Positions 26,191 through 39,900 of a stretch of 57,799 nt of DNA are shown here, in pieces. Under the pieces are notes generated by a model. It worked only from the letters and a program-made list of their open reading frames with translations, was not told the origin of the DNA and ran no database searches. Origin of the DNA: an uncultured virus (IMG/VR IMGVR_UViG_3300046170_000408) (Duplodnaviria > Heunggongvirae > Uroviricota > Caudoviricetes); IMG/VR virus record IMGVR_UViG_3300046170_000408; one strand, written 5' to 3'. A program made the position numbers and the translations under genes. Every line of letters begins with the position of its first letter. The stretch's first letter is position 1.

Positions 26191-28362
26191 TTAATTGCCG
26201 GAGCACAGTGTACTAAGATTTGTAATCAATAATTGTGGTGGAACATAGGTTCCAGAAGAACCTGTAATAGTTCCAGGTACTGCACAAATATATTGAGTTT
26301 GGTACGGTGATACTGTTGTAGTCATCATAATACCAAATCCATTTCTATACATAATACTTCCACTAATGTAAGAAGAATTTTGTACAGTATGGTTCATAGC
26401 TAAAGTTCCGCTACCGCTACCACTACCTGAACTTGATTGGGTTGTAGCTGGCGTCATATTAGCACTCCATCTAGCATATAACTGTAATTCATCATAAATA
26501 CCATCCGAGCCTGTAAATGCACTTGTCGGTGGCGTTGCGCCTGGGTTATATGATGTACCTGTTCCCATGTAACTAGTATTCCATACATCAAATGTGTAAC
26601 CAGTTCTAGTAAATGGATTATTAGCTACTGTTAAACCTGCACCGCCAGTATTACCACTTCCAATTCCTGACCCAGTACCACCATTAGCATCATAACTAAT
26701 TTTATATTGTGGCGATCCTACTGCAGTATCTTGAACAATTAATTGTTCCCCTGCATTACTATATCCACTAGGTATGTTAAGAACCAAAGAATAAGTATGT
26801 GTCCCTTCTACTAATGAGCTAGGGTTAAACGTTACTACACCAGGGCCATTCTCTGCCCAAGTATACTGTGCACTAGTACCTTCTAAACCGTTAGCAACGG
26901 ATAGGTTAGCCATTCCCACTGTATATTCTGGTAACGTTGTAGCCGCAGTTGCTTGCGTTGTAGCTGCAGTTGCTTGCGTTGTAGCCGCAGTTGCTTGCGT
27001 TGTAGCAGAAGTTGCTTGCGTTGTAGCCGCAGTTGCTTGCGTTGTAGCATTTGCACCTACTTGAATAATACCAACATTTTCAGTTACATTAGAATTACCT
27101 GGGTGTGTGATTGTAATTGTACCAGTTCTTTGATTTGTACCTGTATTTTCTGAAACTGTAAATTCAGCTCTATTATTATTTGCACCTCCAGAATAAGTAT
27201 TAAATGTCAACCAAGATGGTGCTGAAACTAAACTAGAATTTAAAAGCTGACCTGCAACTCCGTCAATTAAATAAAGGAAACTTCCACTAGCTGCATCCGA
27301 AGATACACCTGAACTTGGATTCCATGATAATCCATCAAACTCAATAGTTTGTGCAACGGTTGTGGCTGCAGTTGAATTTGTTGTAGCTGAAGTTGCATTA
27401 GTTGTAGTTGCAACAGCACCCGTCCAAGGATCTCCATTAACATCTACTTCAACATCTTCTCCATTTGTAATTTCAATTGAATTACCATATAAAGACCCGT
27501 CGTAATTTACTACAATATCATCTACAGGGTCAAGGGTAATCGTACCACTAAATCCGCCACCTCCACATGGAGACATACAGAATGGAGTCCATGTAGTATT
27601 ACCGATTCCATCTGCAACAGCTCCCCAAAACTGATTAGCATAATATCTAATCATACCAGCTTCAGGAGAACCAATTATACTTTCAGGTAGTTTAAATGTA
27701 GAATTAGCACCTATAAAATAAGCATCAGTACCAAAACCGTCATTACCAATTGAAAACTTATCAGTACCTAAACTAAACTCAACGGTTTGAGCTGTATTAG
27801 TAGGTCCAAAAGTTTCAGCAAGTTTATATCTTACAAAAGGATCGCCATTATTATCTACATCTTCTTCTGATACAAGAGTAATACCAACGTTATCATTAGT
27901 ACCACTTACTTGACCGTGCCAAAATGTAACTAATTCATCTGAAAAATTACTTCCACCCTGTGCATGTTTACCGATAACTAAAGTAGATCTTAAATCTAAT
28001 TGACCATTATTTCCGTTTACATTATCATAAGTCTGATCTCCTAAAAAGATTATAGGGTGATAATTATCGTTCTCTAATTTAGGCTTAAGTATTACATACT
28101 CTGGGTTTACATCATTACTTGGGTTAATTGCAATAGTTTCCCATCTAGAAGTTGTAGTTCCAGTTTCACCCTTTAAACCTTGAGCACCTTTTTGTCCTTT
28201 AGCACCAGTTTGTCCAACTGATCCGGGATTTCCTTTTAAACCTTTTTGTCCTATTGGCCCACCTCCATTTGCAAGAATCTGGTCAAAGTTATAGTTAACC
28301 TTTTCCCACTTGATCTGGCTTGAGTCGCTAGGATGTAGTATTTCTTGAATGTTAATGGCCAT
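26191..28362 (-). CDS. Tail fibre/adhesin with collagen-like repeat, BACON-like domain, Thr/Ala repeats and InlB-B-like (Listeria-Bacteroides) repeat
   Basis: (GxY)n 'GPIGQKGLKGNPG...'; 'PSWLT...VSENTG..RTGTITI'; (TTQATAA)5; 'YDANGGTG...RTGYTF..WNT...LYARW'. Confidence 0.75.
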   Translation of the reverse strand: MAINIQEILHPSDSSQIKWEKVNYNFDQILANGGGPIGQKGLKGNPGSVGQTGAKGQKGAQGLKGETGTTTSRWETIAINPSNDVNPEYVILKPKLENDNYHPIIFLGDQTYDNVNGNNGQLDLRSTLVIGKHAQGGSNFSDELVTFWHGQVSGTNDNVGITLVSEEDVDNNGDPFVRYKLAETFGPTNTAQTVEFSLGTDKFSIGNDGFGTDAYFIGANSTFKLPESIIGSPEAGMIRYYANQFWGAVADGIGNTTWTPFCMSPCGGGGFSGTITLDPVDDIVVNYDGSLYGNSIEITNGEDVEVDVNGDPWTGAVATTTNATSATTNSTAATTVAQTIEFDGLSWNPSSGVSSDAASGSFLYLIDGVAGQLLNSSLVSAPSWLTFNTYSGGANNNRAEFTVSENTGTNQRTGTITITHPGNSNVTENVGIIQVGANATTQATAATTQATSATTQATAATTQATAATTQATAATTLPEYTVGMANLSVANGLEGTSAQYTWAENGPGVVTFNPSSLVEGTHTYSLVLNIPSGYSNAGEQLIVQDTAVGSPQYKISYDANGGTGSGIGSGNTGGAGLTVANNPFTRTGYTFDVWNTSYMGTGTSYNPGATPPTSAFTGSDGIYDELQLYARWSANMTPATTQSSSGSGSGSGTLAMNHTVQNSSYISGSIMYRNGFGIMMTTTVSPYQTQYICAVPGTITGSSGTYVPPQLLITNLSTLCSGN
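26936..27048. repeat. 21-bp tandem repeat, about 5.4 copies (encodes TTQATAA)
   Basis: Unit GTTGTAGCCGCAGTTGCTTGC. Confidence 0.95.
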
Positions 28363-28366
28363 GTCC

Positions 28367-31300
28367 TTATGACGTTATTTTTACCATAGGTCTAATCCTA
28401 TAGGAGTAACCTAATCTTTTATTATATATCAATCTAAAATTAAGGGGCTTTTGTTCGTGAGCTTTAAAACTAAAGTTCTGATCCGCAATAAAGCCTCCAT
28501 CATCTAATGCATCTAACGTAGATGCATTTTCAAGCGTTGATGCAACACCTTTTACTCTTTTAGTAAATAGTTTAATTTGATTAACGCCGAATGCATTTAC
28601 TAGGTTATCGCTAATGTATAATCTAGCATCATCTTTCAAAGTTGTTTTATCTTCAGCCGAGTCTATTGGCAGCACATATTTTGTAATAGAAGCTAATACC
28701 CCTTCTTCGCTTAACCTTCTATTAATTGTAAAATCAATATAAAAGTCAAATAATACTCTTTCTCTATCTTCAAACATTACAACGTCAGTCTTATTAGTAT
28801 TATTTCTTAAAATACTATCTAGCTCTTCTTCTGAATTTACGATTTCTGTTTTAAACTGTAATAATTCATAGTTATCTGCAGTTTTCATAATAGTAGATGC
28901 TAAATACGACTTTTCTTCTTTAGTTTCAAATGTACCAGGAACTGGCTCTGTTAAACCACCCGATAAAGCCCTAGTATAATAGTTCTTATCCCATGAAGAT
29001 CTAAATACATGAACATCTTTTTTATCAATAGCGATTTCACCAATTAATGGATATAGCGGTAATTTATCTGTAGACGTAGATAGTTTTGTAATACCAGCTG
29101 TATTAAACTCATTTACCTTTCTGTAGAAATGATTTTTAATTTTACCCCATTGTACATCATGTGTACCACCATCATAAATAAATCCTAAATTAAAAGCAAC
29201 GCCACATCTATTATATCTTCTATAGTAATCTTTTGCTAATTCAATTTCAGATAGATCTGATAGAGAGTGTTTGTACATTCTTTCTTCAAGAGTAATCTCA
29301 TTTATATTTGATGTACTTTGTAAAGTGTTTGTCTTCATGTGTGCATATATGTCTGTGAATGTTACAACCGGGGTTGTATCAATCGTATATCCACCGTTAT
29401 GTCTAATTAAGAACGGATAGTAGGTAAAACTATTAGTTAAATTATAGCCAATATTACTCGTCGATAACTTAAATGATTCAGGTTTATCTTCATCTTCTGT
29501 TGTTATGATAAAAGACTCTTTAATAATTTCTACACCATCTTCAATTAGAATAATAAATTTATTCTGCTCAATCGTACCGTCGGTTTGAACAGTCGTATAC
29601 TTTACACTACCTGGTTCTCTAAGCAGCATCTCGGCTACGTTTTGTATACCTAATGCATTTAAAATATTTTCGTAGGCATTTATACCACCCTGAATATATA
29701 TGTACTCAGCATTCCATTGTAAATAACCTGGCAATGTATTCAAATCTATAAATGGAGTTAATGGATCTCCGTTTTGATCAAAGCCATCACCAAAATCACC
29801 ATCGGTAATATTTTTTACACCTTGTGTAAGTTTAATACTATCTTGACCTTCAATCTCTTCTATATTTACTCTTAATGTCATTTCACCAAAAGCAGTGTTT
29901 AATTTAACTATGATATTACCAAATGCATCATCATCGTTTTTATTAATCTGTTCTAAGAATTGAGGCATACTACCATCTGCATGCTGTAAACCTTTTAGTA
30001 TTAAATAATCGTCAGCAGCATCGTTGGTTTGATTTAGAGAATTAAAATCTAAATGACCATCTAATTTTATATCAGAATATTTAAAAGTGCCGGCTTCATT
30101 ATCCCAAACAAGAGAATGTTTTAATTCATAAAGTAGTTTTTTGGTTAACGTTTGATCTGCCCATAAATCATCTAGACTTAGTGAGATAAAGAATACCACA
30201 TATTTAAACTTATCGTTTTGAATTACTTCATACTCAATATCATTTGACTCTTGTGCAGTTTTTACGTTTAGCAAAATACTGAATTTATATCCATTAAATT
30301 CTGACGACTTAATAAAGTCAACTGGAGTATCTGATGTAAACTCTTTTCTATTTTTAAACTTAATCTTTAGCCCTTTAAAAATAGTTTCAGCAAAAGCTAT
30401 ATCATTACCGCCGTCAATTTTAGTATATTTCTTTTGTCTATTTGTTTTTACAAAAGTCTTATAGTTATTATCACCTTTGGTCTCAAACCCTTCCGTTACA
30501 AAGAATCTATCAAAGTAGTCATAATTTGTATCTTTAAAAATAGCAGGGGTAATCTCAAACCCTTCCATAAAGTTAATATAACTAAATGAATCATTTAATC
30601 TATAAATAGGGTCAGCTCCGTCTTCTCCTAAATTCTTAGTTAAATGTTTAGGTAGGTTATTAACATAAAACCACTCATGTGTCATACCTAATCTATTTCT
30701 ATTTTCAAAAGATAAATCTGCAGAGAAGTTAGATCTTCCAAATGCTTCATTAGCATTTAAGTAATATGGTTGTTCTCTTACAGTAAGAGTATCTTTTAAT
30801 ACCCACTTATTAATATTAGGTATTACTCTAGAGTCAACAGCAAATTCTTTTAAATAGTTTTCTTGTAGTCTATCGTACTCGCTTTGAATAATATTCTCTT
30901 TAAACTCATCAGCTTGTTCTTCTAATAGTACATCATTTAAACCTGTAAAATATCTTTCTGGTTCAATAGTATATTCTGTATTTTCAATATCACCAAATGG
31001 ATATATGTCATTTGTTTGATCTCTTTCTGGTTCGTATGCAATTTCATTTTCAGTTTCATACTGTAATTCTTTTAGTTTAGAATTAGAAGTATCATAAAAG
31101 TCAAAATTCATATCATGAATATCATACGCTGAAAATAAACCTAGTCTAACTAGATTATCAGCAAAGATATTAATTTCACCAGAGTCAATTGTATTATCTC
31201 TTTCTAAGACAACTTTCTTATATTGTAAAGGTAGTCTTTCAATATCATCTACTATATCAATGACTTTATTGTATATGCCAATTGATTTAGTCTCAATATA

Positions 31301-34300
31301 ATCATTAATATTAATATCATTAACTGAGTCTAAACTTACTAGCATAGATTTATTAGCAGAATTACCACCACTAAAGAAATATACATTACTGTTAGAAAGC
31401 ACATCAGATGAATCATCACTAATATTTAATCTCAGTAAATTATCTACATCTTCGTTTGCATCATCTAAAGAAATCCAATTATTAGCATTATCATCTGGAA
31501 TTGCAATACCAGCCTGTAATAACCTATAGCCAACCTACATCAGTTTTAATATAAAAATGTTCAGCTTTATCATAGGTTAATGCTGTAAATCCATTATCAA
31601 CTGAATTAATAGACTTTACAATAGCAGATGTGATTTCTGCAAGAGTACCCTGGTTTGAAAAACTAGTTGAATTAAAATGTCCAGGTGCTAAACCATCAGT
31701 ACCAAAGAACATATTATTTGCTAAATCATAAGGTACTTGTAATTCTTCTATTCTAGCAATAGTTATATTATTACCCAATGAAGATATACTAGGTTCAAAC
31801 GGAGATAGCGATGCTCTCTTCTCATAAACAACCATACTATCATCTGACTCCTTTTCAAATACTAGATTGTCACTAATAATACTAAATGTATTATTTAAAG
31901 TGTCGACTAGAGTTTGTAAGTCTTCAGTTAAAGTTATGAATAGGTTTTGAAGAGCACCATTTACAGTAATTCCAAATGAAAATATATTACCTACTGTATA
32001 CCTTTTAAATTGAATTCTATATAACTGTTCTTTAGATGGGAATATTGCAAACCTATCATTAACTGCTGGGTTTTCAACAACATTTACTTTAATAAAATCA
32101 CTACCAACATTGTTATTAGTCGTCATTTCTACAGACCTTCCGGTTGCAGCTAATTTAATTTCATTAGGAATATTATTAGCACCATCTTCTACTCTAACCT
32201 CTAAGTTTAAAGAGTTATAGAATTGTCTAGGAGATATTTTATAGAAATCATCTGAAACATTAGCATATCCTAAAACAGGAGATGACGCCATTAAATGATG
32301 TGGAGGAATAGCAGAGTTAGGGGAATCATTAATATCTGAATTTAGATGCTTAAACTTAAGCAGTCCATTATTAGCAGAGCTTAAAGTACCATACCCTGAG
32401 TCTATATTATCTACATATAAACCAAAATATCTATTTATACCATAATCTTCAACGTTGTTATCGTTAAATAAGAATTCCATGTTAATTAAATTAGCACACT
32501 GCTAAATTATTTCTTTGGAATCCGTCTGTAATTAAATTATTTTCAGCTATAATAGTTTGATCTTTCTTAACAAAATCATCATATAGGTATTCACCCTTAC
32601 TGGTAAATCCACCTTTAGATAAATCAATACCATTGAAACTACTTCTTTCATTTCTATCAAAATTAATAGTTAACGGATTTTTAGGGAATGATTCTGATTG
32701 TACGTGGTTTCTAATATAAGTACCAAGTTCAGAATCTCTAGTTAAATCAAATGTTTTAATAATCTCACTATTATTTAAAATAGTTGTCATATTTTCTAAG
32801 TTACTTACTGCATCAAAATCTAATGCAGAAGGATCGTTAACTCTAAATATTACAAATTTAGAAGGAATATTTTTATCTAGCCAAATCGGAGCCATCATTC
32901 TGAAATCTTCAGTATGAAGCTTAGAATAATTATAGACTGTTCCGTAATGATAATCTTCTTCTATTTGCTTATCAAAAGTTTCTTGTACTGAAAAATCGGA
33001 ATAGCTTTTCTTTGTTAAATAAATTTGATCTGAAGGAGTCTTTGACTGTTTAAAGAATTTTTGTAAGTCGTAAGCCCACTGTCCATCTTTATTTAAACTA
33101 AATTTTTTATATTCAACTGAAGCTAATTCTTTTGTAGCATCAATTGACTCAATAAACATATTACCATTCGAGTTAACTACTAATTTAGCATTTGTTGATA
33201 GTTTAGGGTTTGTTCTTAATAAAGGTTTAGATAAATCATCTAATTGATAATTACTTTCTAAATCAAAATTAGGAATAGATCTATTAATTATATCAGCATC
33301 ATCAGCAGTCTGTAGTGTATATGTGTTCGTAAAATTACCATCTAATATACATGTGTTACAGTCAGCATAGCCGTAATTAATTTCAGCACCACTTGTTAAC
33401 CCTATGTCCGGACCTGAAACTCTAACAGGCCTTACATTTATACCTTGATATTCTTGTTGGCTATTAAGAATGCTAATAGCATCATCAGCGTTTACTGCAA
33501 AGATTTTATGAACTAAACTAATACAACCTATCAAATTATCGCCATTCATAATAACAGGAGGTGCAATCTGATCCCATAAATCTTCTAAATAAGAGCTAGA
33601 ACCAGGTTCAATAGTATGCAGTCCATCTACAATATACATTGGCCAATAAGGAACGCCTTCTTCAAATTTTGCTTCACATGAATAAAAAGCATAAAATACA
33701 TTTTCTCTAGATGTTGAAAATCCAGAAGGTACATCACATTCATTATTAGGTAACCCTAAACAAATAGCAGCATTTGGTACAGGTCTTTCATATCTAGGTG
33801 TACAATTAGCAAGATTTGTAGTGCTTAATGCATCTTCTAAATCACCTGTATCTGGATTATCACCTTTCCATCTAAAATTACCAATATAGCCGCTTGAATT
33901 ATCATTTTCCCAAACAGCAAATTGAGCTAGGGGTGCACCGTTTTGATCTGCTAAAAATACAGTACTTGGCCAAAGGTTATCATAATCTAACATTTGAGCA
34001 GAAGCCTCATCCGTAAATACTACGATATTATTTTTTAGTAAATATGTTAATTTACCAATATTATCTGTATTATCTAAAGCAGTATCATTATATGTTGCCA
34101 GTTCATCTGCTCTAAACCAAAGAGTATCTGCTATTACAGAACCTGCGCCTGTACATGCAGCATCAATAGATGTAGGCATATTTTGATTAAACCATATATC
34201 TACCGAATATGTTTTATAGACGATTGGATCTGCACATTCTGTGGCTATTTGAGAAGTCCAATTACCACCAACTAATCTAAAGTAATTATCTTGTAAGCTA

Positions 34301-36882
34301 TTATCTGAATAATAACCAGAAGGAACTAATAAACCAGCAGGTGCAGTTTGACCATCATATTGGTTTGCAAAGTATTCGTTTGAGAATAGTTGCCCACCCG
34401 CAGTTACAATATCACTTAAAGTAGGTTGTGCCCCGTTAAGTCCATTATTAACATCGTCAGGATCTATTATATTTTGCCAAACATCTGCCTCTTCATAGTT
34501 GCCTCTACAAATATCGTTTTCATCGTTTCCAAATTGTACTGAAATTTGCCAAGCATTACCTGTTGTTACGTTACAGTTAATTATACCTTCTATTACACCA
34601 ACTGAATTTATTTGTAATGCTTTAGTTGAATTACCATCCTGTACAGAAACCCATTGGTTAGAATTAGAAGGAGCTATTAATGGAGATGTCGGAGTATTAT
34701 TTCCAGAATCTATTTGTGTATAAATACTATGCCCTATGGCCAACTGAGCAACAGAACCTGCTTGCGCCGCATCTAAGTATGCGATAATTCCTTGGTTTAA
34801 GTTACATGCTGTGTTCCCATCTCCAGTAAACTGAGATCTATTTACAGTAATAAAACCAACACCATTAACTCTAATTGAAAGTGTAAATGGACCTCCTGTT
34901 GCTTCATCATTAAATGCATCTCTTGCAGTAATCTCATAAGTTTCTACTATGAATTGGTTAACAGGAACGTTTAGAGTTGCAGAGTTATATGTCCATGAGC
35001 CATTAGCATCTAAAGTAAAACTAGAACCAATGAGTCCTGAAGTTTTAGTAGATGTAAAAGTAATCTCATTTTGGCTTCCGTCAGGATCACTAATAAAAAC
35101 ACTATTATTTACATTACCAGTTAATGTACTAAACTGTTGTACCTCTCCTGATGTAGCAGTTTGATTCCATACCGGAGCCGCATTAACTGCTGCACTTAAA
35201 GTAAATTTAAAATCAGCCGCGGAAGATTCAAGCTGTGGATTTCCATCATCTTTAACCTTTACCCAAAAGACATCTTCTTGTGAAGATGGGTTACTATTAG
35301 GACCTAAAGTAATATTACTAGTATATAAAAATGCAGGAGGTACATTATTTTGTATAGTTACTGTTAAAGTACCATGTTGACCTGTATAATTACCAGCTGT
35401 CATTGGTGTTCCACCAGAACCACTTAATCCAGCACCGTTATCATTAACAGAAATGTAGTATGTTAAGTCAGCTGCAGGTGTTTCCTCAGTTGCGTTAATA
35501 TAAGCACCTAGGTTAAAAGATGGGTAAACATCTCCAACATTTACAGACGGTAGTGTAAATTCATTACCACCCTGAATAATTGGAGCTTGGTTTTGTGCCT
35601 GTTGTACTACTAAACTAATAGTCCCGTCATCAGAATCTCCAGAATCATCGAACGCTTCATACGTTACTAGATTGGTAATTGCAGCATCAGTATCAGGTAT
35701 AATTTTTATAGTCGGAGCGCCATTACTACCATTAGAAATAACAGCCGGAAGTGATAAAGCACCGCCGCTACCATTAACATCTTCAACAGTACAGTTGACT
35801 GCTGTTAAAATTCTTATTTGTAAATCACCAGCTCCAAAACTATCATCAGAATCACCTACTACTCCAGCACCCGTCCAACCGGTTGGACTAGAAAAATCTA
35901 ATTCTTTTTCAAGAGGGTCTGTATCTGCAGGTATATTAAATGTATAGTCGTAAGCTACTGGAATTGCATTAGAACCTGCTTGTGTAATAGTTCTCCATGC
36001 AGAAACCTTTGATGGATCGTCAGGGTGTTGCAGCCTAATCTCGATAGATCTACTATCATTAGAAGGATTCGGTGGGATAACAATCTGAATATTACCACCT
36101 GTAAGACTAGAATTTGTTAGAAATATTGTGGGAGTACCACTATCCCAGGCATTATTAGGTGTTCCGTTTTGTAGCTCAAAGTCTTGGCCATCTAGGTTTC
36201 CATTAGCGCCAGTCATACTATATTGCTCTAAAGGAGCTGACGGCTGTGAGTTTTGATCTTGGCCAGCAGATCCTACTGATATATTACCAGTATTACCACT
36301 ATCCCATGCTATTGAATCTAGTTCTGTTACAGATACTCCAGTTACAGTTACCGTAACCTCTTGTCCGGTATTATCAAAACCACTTGGGACTGTAATATTA
36401 ATATCGTAATCAGAAATACCTAATGTATAATTAGTAGGGTTAGCACTTGCAAACGCACCTAATCCACCAATAGTTACATCTTGAGAAACAATTGAAGTAC
36501 CAGTTAATCCAGCTGCTACTGTAACTGGTTCTGCATCTGCTGGTAAAAATGTTGCTAAAGTTGTTGTTGCTTCTGTAGTTGCTAACGTTGTAGTAAATGT
36601 ACCTGCTTGTTGTCCTGAACTATCAATTTGAATAACATCACCAGTATCTGTTTTATACCAACCAGGAGTAGGATTACCTTGAGAGTCTGTAACATTACCA
36701 TCAAACGGATTTGATAACCCAGATGAAGGAGGCGTCGCTGTATTATCAAAAGTTGTAAAATACACCGTGCTAGCTACAGCATCATCAATCCATGTTATTT
36801 CATCAAATGGACCTGTATGCCCTAACGCTCCTGCCGACGTTAAATACCCGACATCCGATAAGTTTATTTGTTGTACTGCCAT
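28367..36882 (-). CDS. Giant structural protein (about 2837 aa after removing one base near 32499 and one near 31534); N-terminal Ig/cadherin-like adhesin modules with a baseplate-like C-terminal part
   Basis: Three ORFs join in successive +1 frames (...RNNLA|CANLINMEFLF; ...KTDV|VGYRLLQAG...VLSNSNV); 'NAIPVA/NQAPII/NAAPVW' domain starts; late motif at 36918. Confidence 0.7.
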
Positions 36883-36917
36883 TTACCTTTTTATCTTTTA
36901 TAGAGAATCCTCTCTAC

Positions 36918-36925
36918 TATATATC
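36918..36925 (-). promoter_or_regulatory. Putative late promoter GATATATA
   Basis: Located in the intergenic gap upstream of the giant gene. Confidence 0.6.
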
Positions 36926-36950
36926 CATCCAACTGGTGGGGACATATACA

Positions 36951-39900
36951 TTATCTAAGTAATCTCGCAGCTTTGATAGAGTTTAAGTTCTTACCTTTTG
37001 GACCATACTTTGCAAACACTTCTAAATCGAATGAGAATTGTTCACCGTACTTGTCAAAAATGTCTAAACCTATTTTCTTAGTATAAGTTAAGTTATTATA
37101 CGCAAGTCTTCCGAAACCACCAATTCTACCAGTGTCAATAGATTCGTTGTTGCCAAAGTAATCAGTCATTCTATATTGGAATACTACATCTACTGAAACT
37201 GCGTTCGACTCATTATCTTTTTTTGCTCTAATTTCTTTTGCTGACCTTTTAGTTTCACCACTAACTTTTAAACTATCTAAATTAACAGGAGACATAAATA
37301 GGTAAGCGCCACAAGATCTACCACCTAATAAGTACTGGTCACTTGCGTCAAAAGACATTTTAATAGGTCTTACAATTGGACCATTACCTGCAGCAATTTG
37401 AGCATCATTTAAAGCAGTATCAAATAACCCATCACCTGAGTGGAATGCAGTTTGTTGTTTAGCAGTAACTTGTGTCGTATTTAAGTCATATCCAAATATA
37501 CTAAATAGAGTACCACCTGTTGCTTGAATAGAAGTCTTTGTCATAGAAAATATCATTGACTTCTTAAGGTTTGATAGATCAACACTATTTGCACCAGACT
37601 CTTGTACACTATCCCATAGATTCTCTAAAAGAGGGTGGTCTTTGTGAACAAATAAACCTGTATTATATTCACTTAAAGTAATAGTACTAGTACTAGTTGT
37701 ATTAATTTTATCAGCATTCCATGAATCTGTATAGTTGGAAAAACTTCCAGCCCAAATAAAGTCATTTGCACTATTTGTTGCAGTCCATGGTGTGTTAGTA
37801 TCAGGAATACTTAAATCATACTCGTAATCTTTAATCGATATATTAGCTTCTGGATTTAGAGGAGATACGATATAGTGCGGATTTTGATTTGCAATATCCA
37901 TATATCTACTGTAGATAAACTGACCTCTTCTTTGCATTGACTGGTAAGGTGCATCCCATGTATTATCATAAGTACCTTCTCCAGCGCCTGCTCCACTTGA
38001 AGTATTATTAGGAATATTTTGATACTGAACTGGTACTAGGTCGTAATTACCCTCTTCTTGGTAGTAATTATCTCTAATAACCTTATTATCAATAGCTTCA
38101 CCAGATTGATCGTTTTCTTTAATACCAAACCCATTATCGTGTTCCGGAGAACCAGGTTTAACAGACTTATATGCTGGTTTAGTTCTATCACCAACTAGCC
38201 TAGAAACTAATTCTAATTTAGTGGCTTTACTATTTTCTAATTGTAACTTAAATGTCTTAGTTACAATATGTCCTTTTCTAATTGTAAGATCAGCAACTTC
38301 ATCTACATAATAACCTGCAAATAATTGAGTTGTAGTATCTTTTACGATATTAGTAACTGTTCCATCTTCAGCAACAATCTTAACAACCAATTCTCCAACT
38401 TCAGCTTCAACAGTACCTTTAAGACCTGCGATCTGAGCTTCAAGTTCCGCTATCTTGTCATAGACTGATATTGGTTTTTGTTCCGGAGATAAAAAGCCGG
38501 ATGCAATATTTGTTGCAACGTGAGCATAATAGTTTTCATTTGCAGTAAATGCATCTTCAACATGAGTATAAACTCCTTGTGCAGTTAACTCTTCAACAAT
38601 TTCTACTTTTGCTAATTCAGCAGTATTAACTTCTACTACAGCAGCAACATCAGTTGTATCAACCTCTTCTTCCGGGAATGATACTGTAACTGGCTCTGAC
38701 CAATCAGATAAGATTGGGTTAGCAGGATAACCAGCTTCTGAAACTGATTTAATTCTAATTTCTACTAGCTCACCCTGGTTAATAGCAATATCTAACTGGT
38801 TAAAGTTAATTTCTTGTCCATCTTCGATTTTAGTTTCTTGCCATGTAAATTTACTAGCAATATTACCGTTATTATCAATAGACTTTGCTCTCTTTCTAAC
38901 TTTAGATTTCTTTTCATTCCAGTTTGAGAAGATTGCCTGCTTTTCTCTACTCTCATCAGTAAATTTAAGCTGAGCTGCTTCTGCCGCCTTTCCAGAAGTA
39001 GATAAGTATCTATATTGTATAATAAACTGCACAACGTTCTGGTCTAAAGTATCTGCTACTTGTTTAGCTGAAGGTACAGCCCAGAAACCTCTAATTCTAT
39101 ATTTAGGTGCAATCTTAGTTGCATTAGATGAAGAAGATAATGCCTGAATCTGTGTTACGATTGAGTTGTAAAGTTTAGATTCTGATACTCTTTCTTCAAT
39201 TAATGCATTTAATTCGTTTTTATCTTTATCTTTCTGTATTTTAGATTCATATTTCTTAGTAGCAATCTCAGATCTCTTTTTAGAAATTGTGTCATCTAAT
39301 TTTTTAACAGCTTCAAGTACTTTGGCTTTATCTGCAGATAATTTCTTAATTTTATCCGCTGAATCATTATCAGTTAAATGTTTATTAATCTGAACAACTT
39401 TAAAGTTACTAGCATTTAATGTAGGAGCATCTGGAGTTACACCAACCGTTGCAGGTGGTATATTATCCTCTTTAATAGACATAATAAGTTTACCAAAGTC
39501 AGCCACATTTGCTTTGTAATAATCAGAAAGTAATGTGATACTACCATCTTCCTCTAATATCTCTAAATCATTTGAATAGAATCCAATACCTGGAGACCAT
39601 GATTCAGCTAAGATTTTAGATTCAGGATCTAATGCTTTTACAAAACATAAAACTCTTTCATCAAATCCTACAGGTATTTCTAGATCTAAATTATTATCTT
39701 CTACCTTATAGATTGATAAAGTACCTGCACCAATCTTAATAGCCTCATAGCCCTCTATCAACGTAAGCTCAGCCTGACGAGTTGAAGCGTCCAGCTTTGT
39801 GATTCTATATCTTGTGTTTTTAGAACCACCAGTGACCATCAATTGATCGCCTACGCGTAATAATTCAGTCTCATCTAGATCTTTATCATTATCTGAGTAT

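Noticed and set aside
26936..27048. CRISPR-like array
   Set aside because: Head-to-tail 21-bp units with no spacers, in frame within a CDS.
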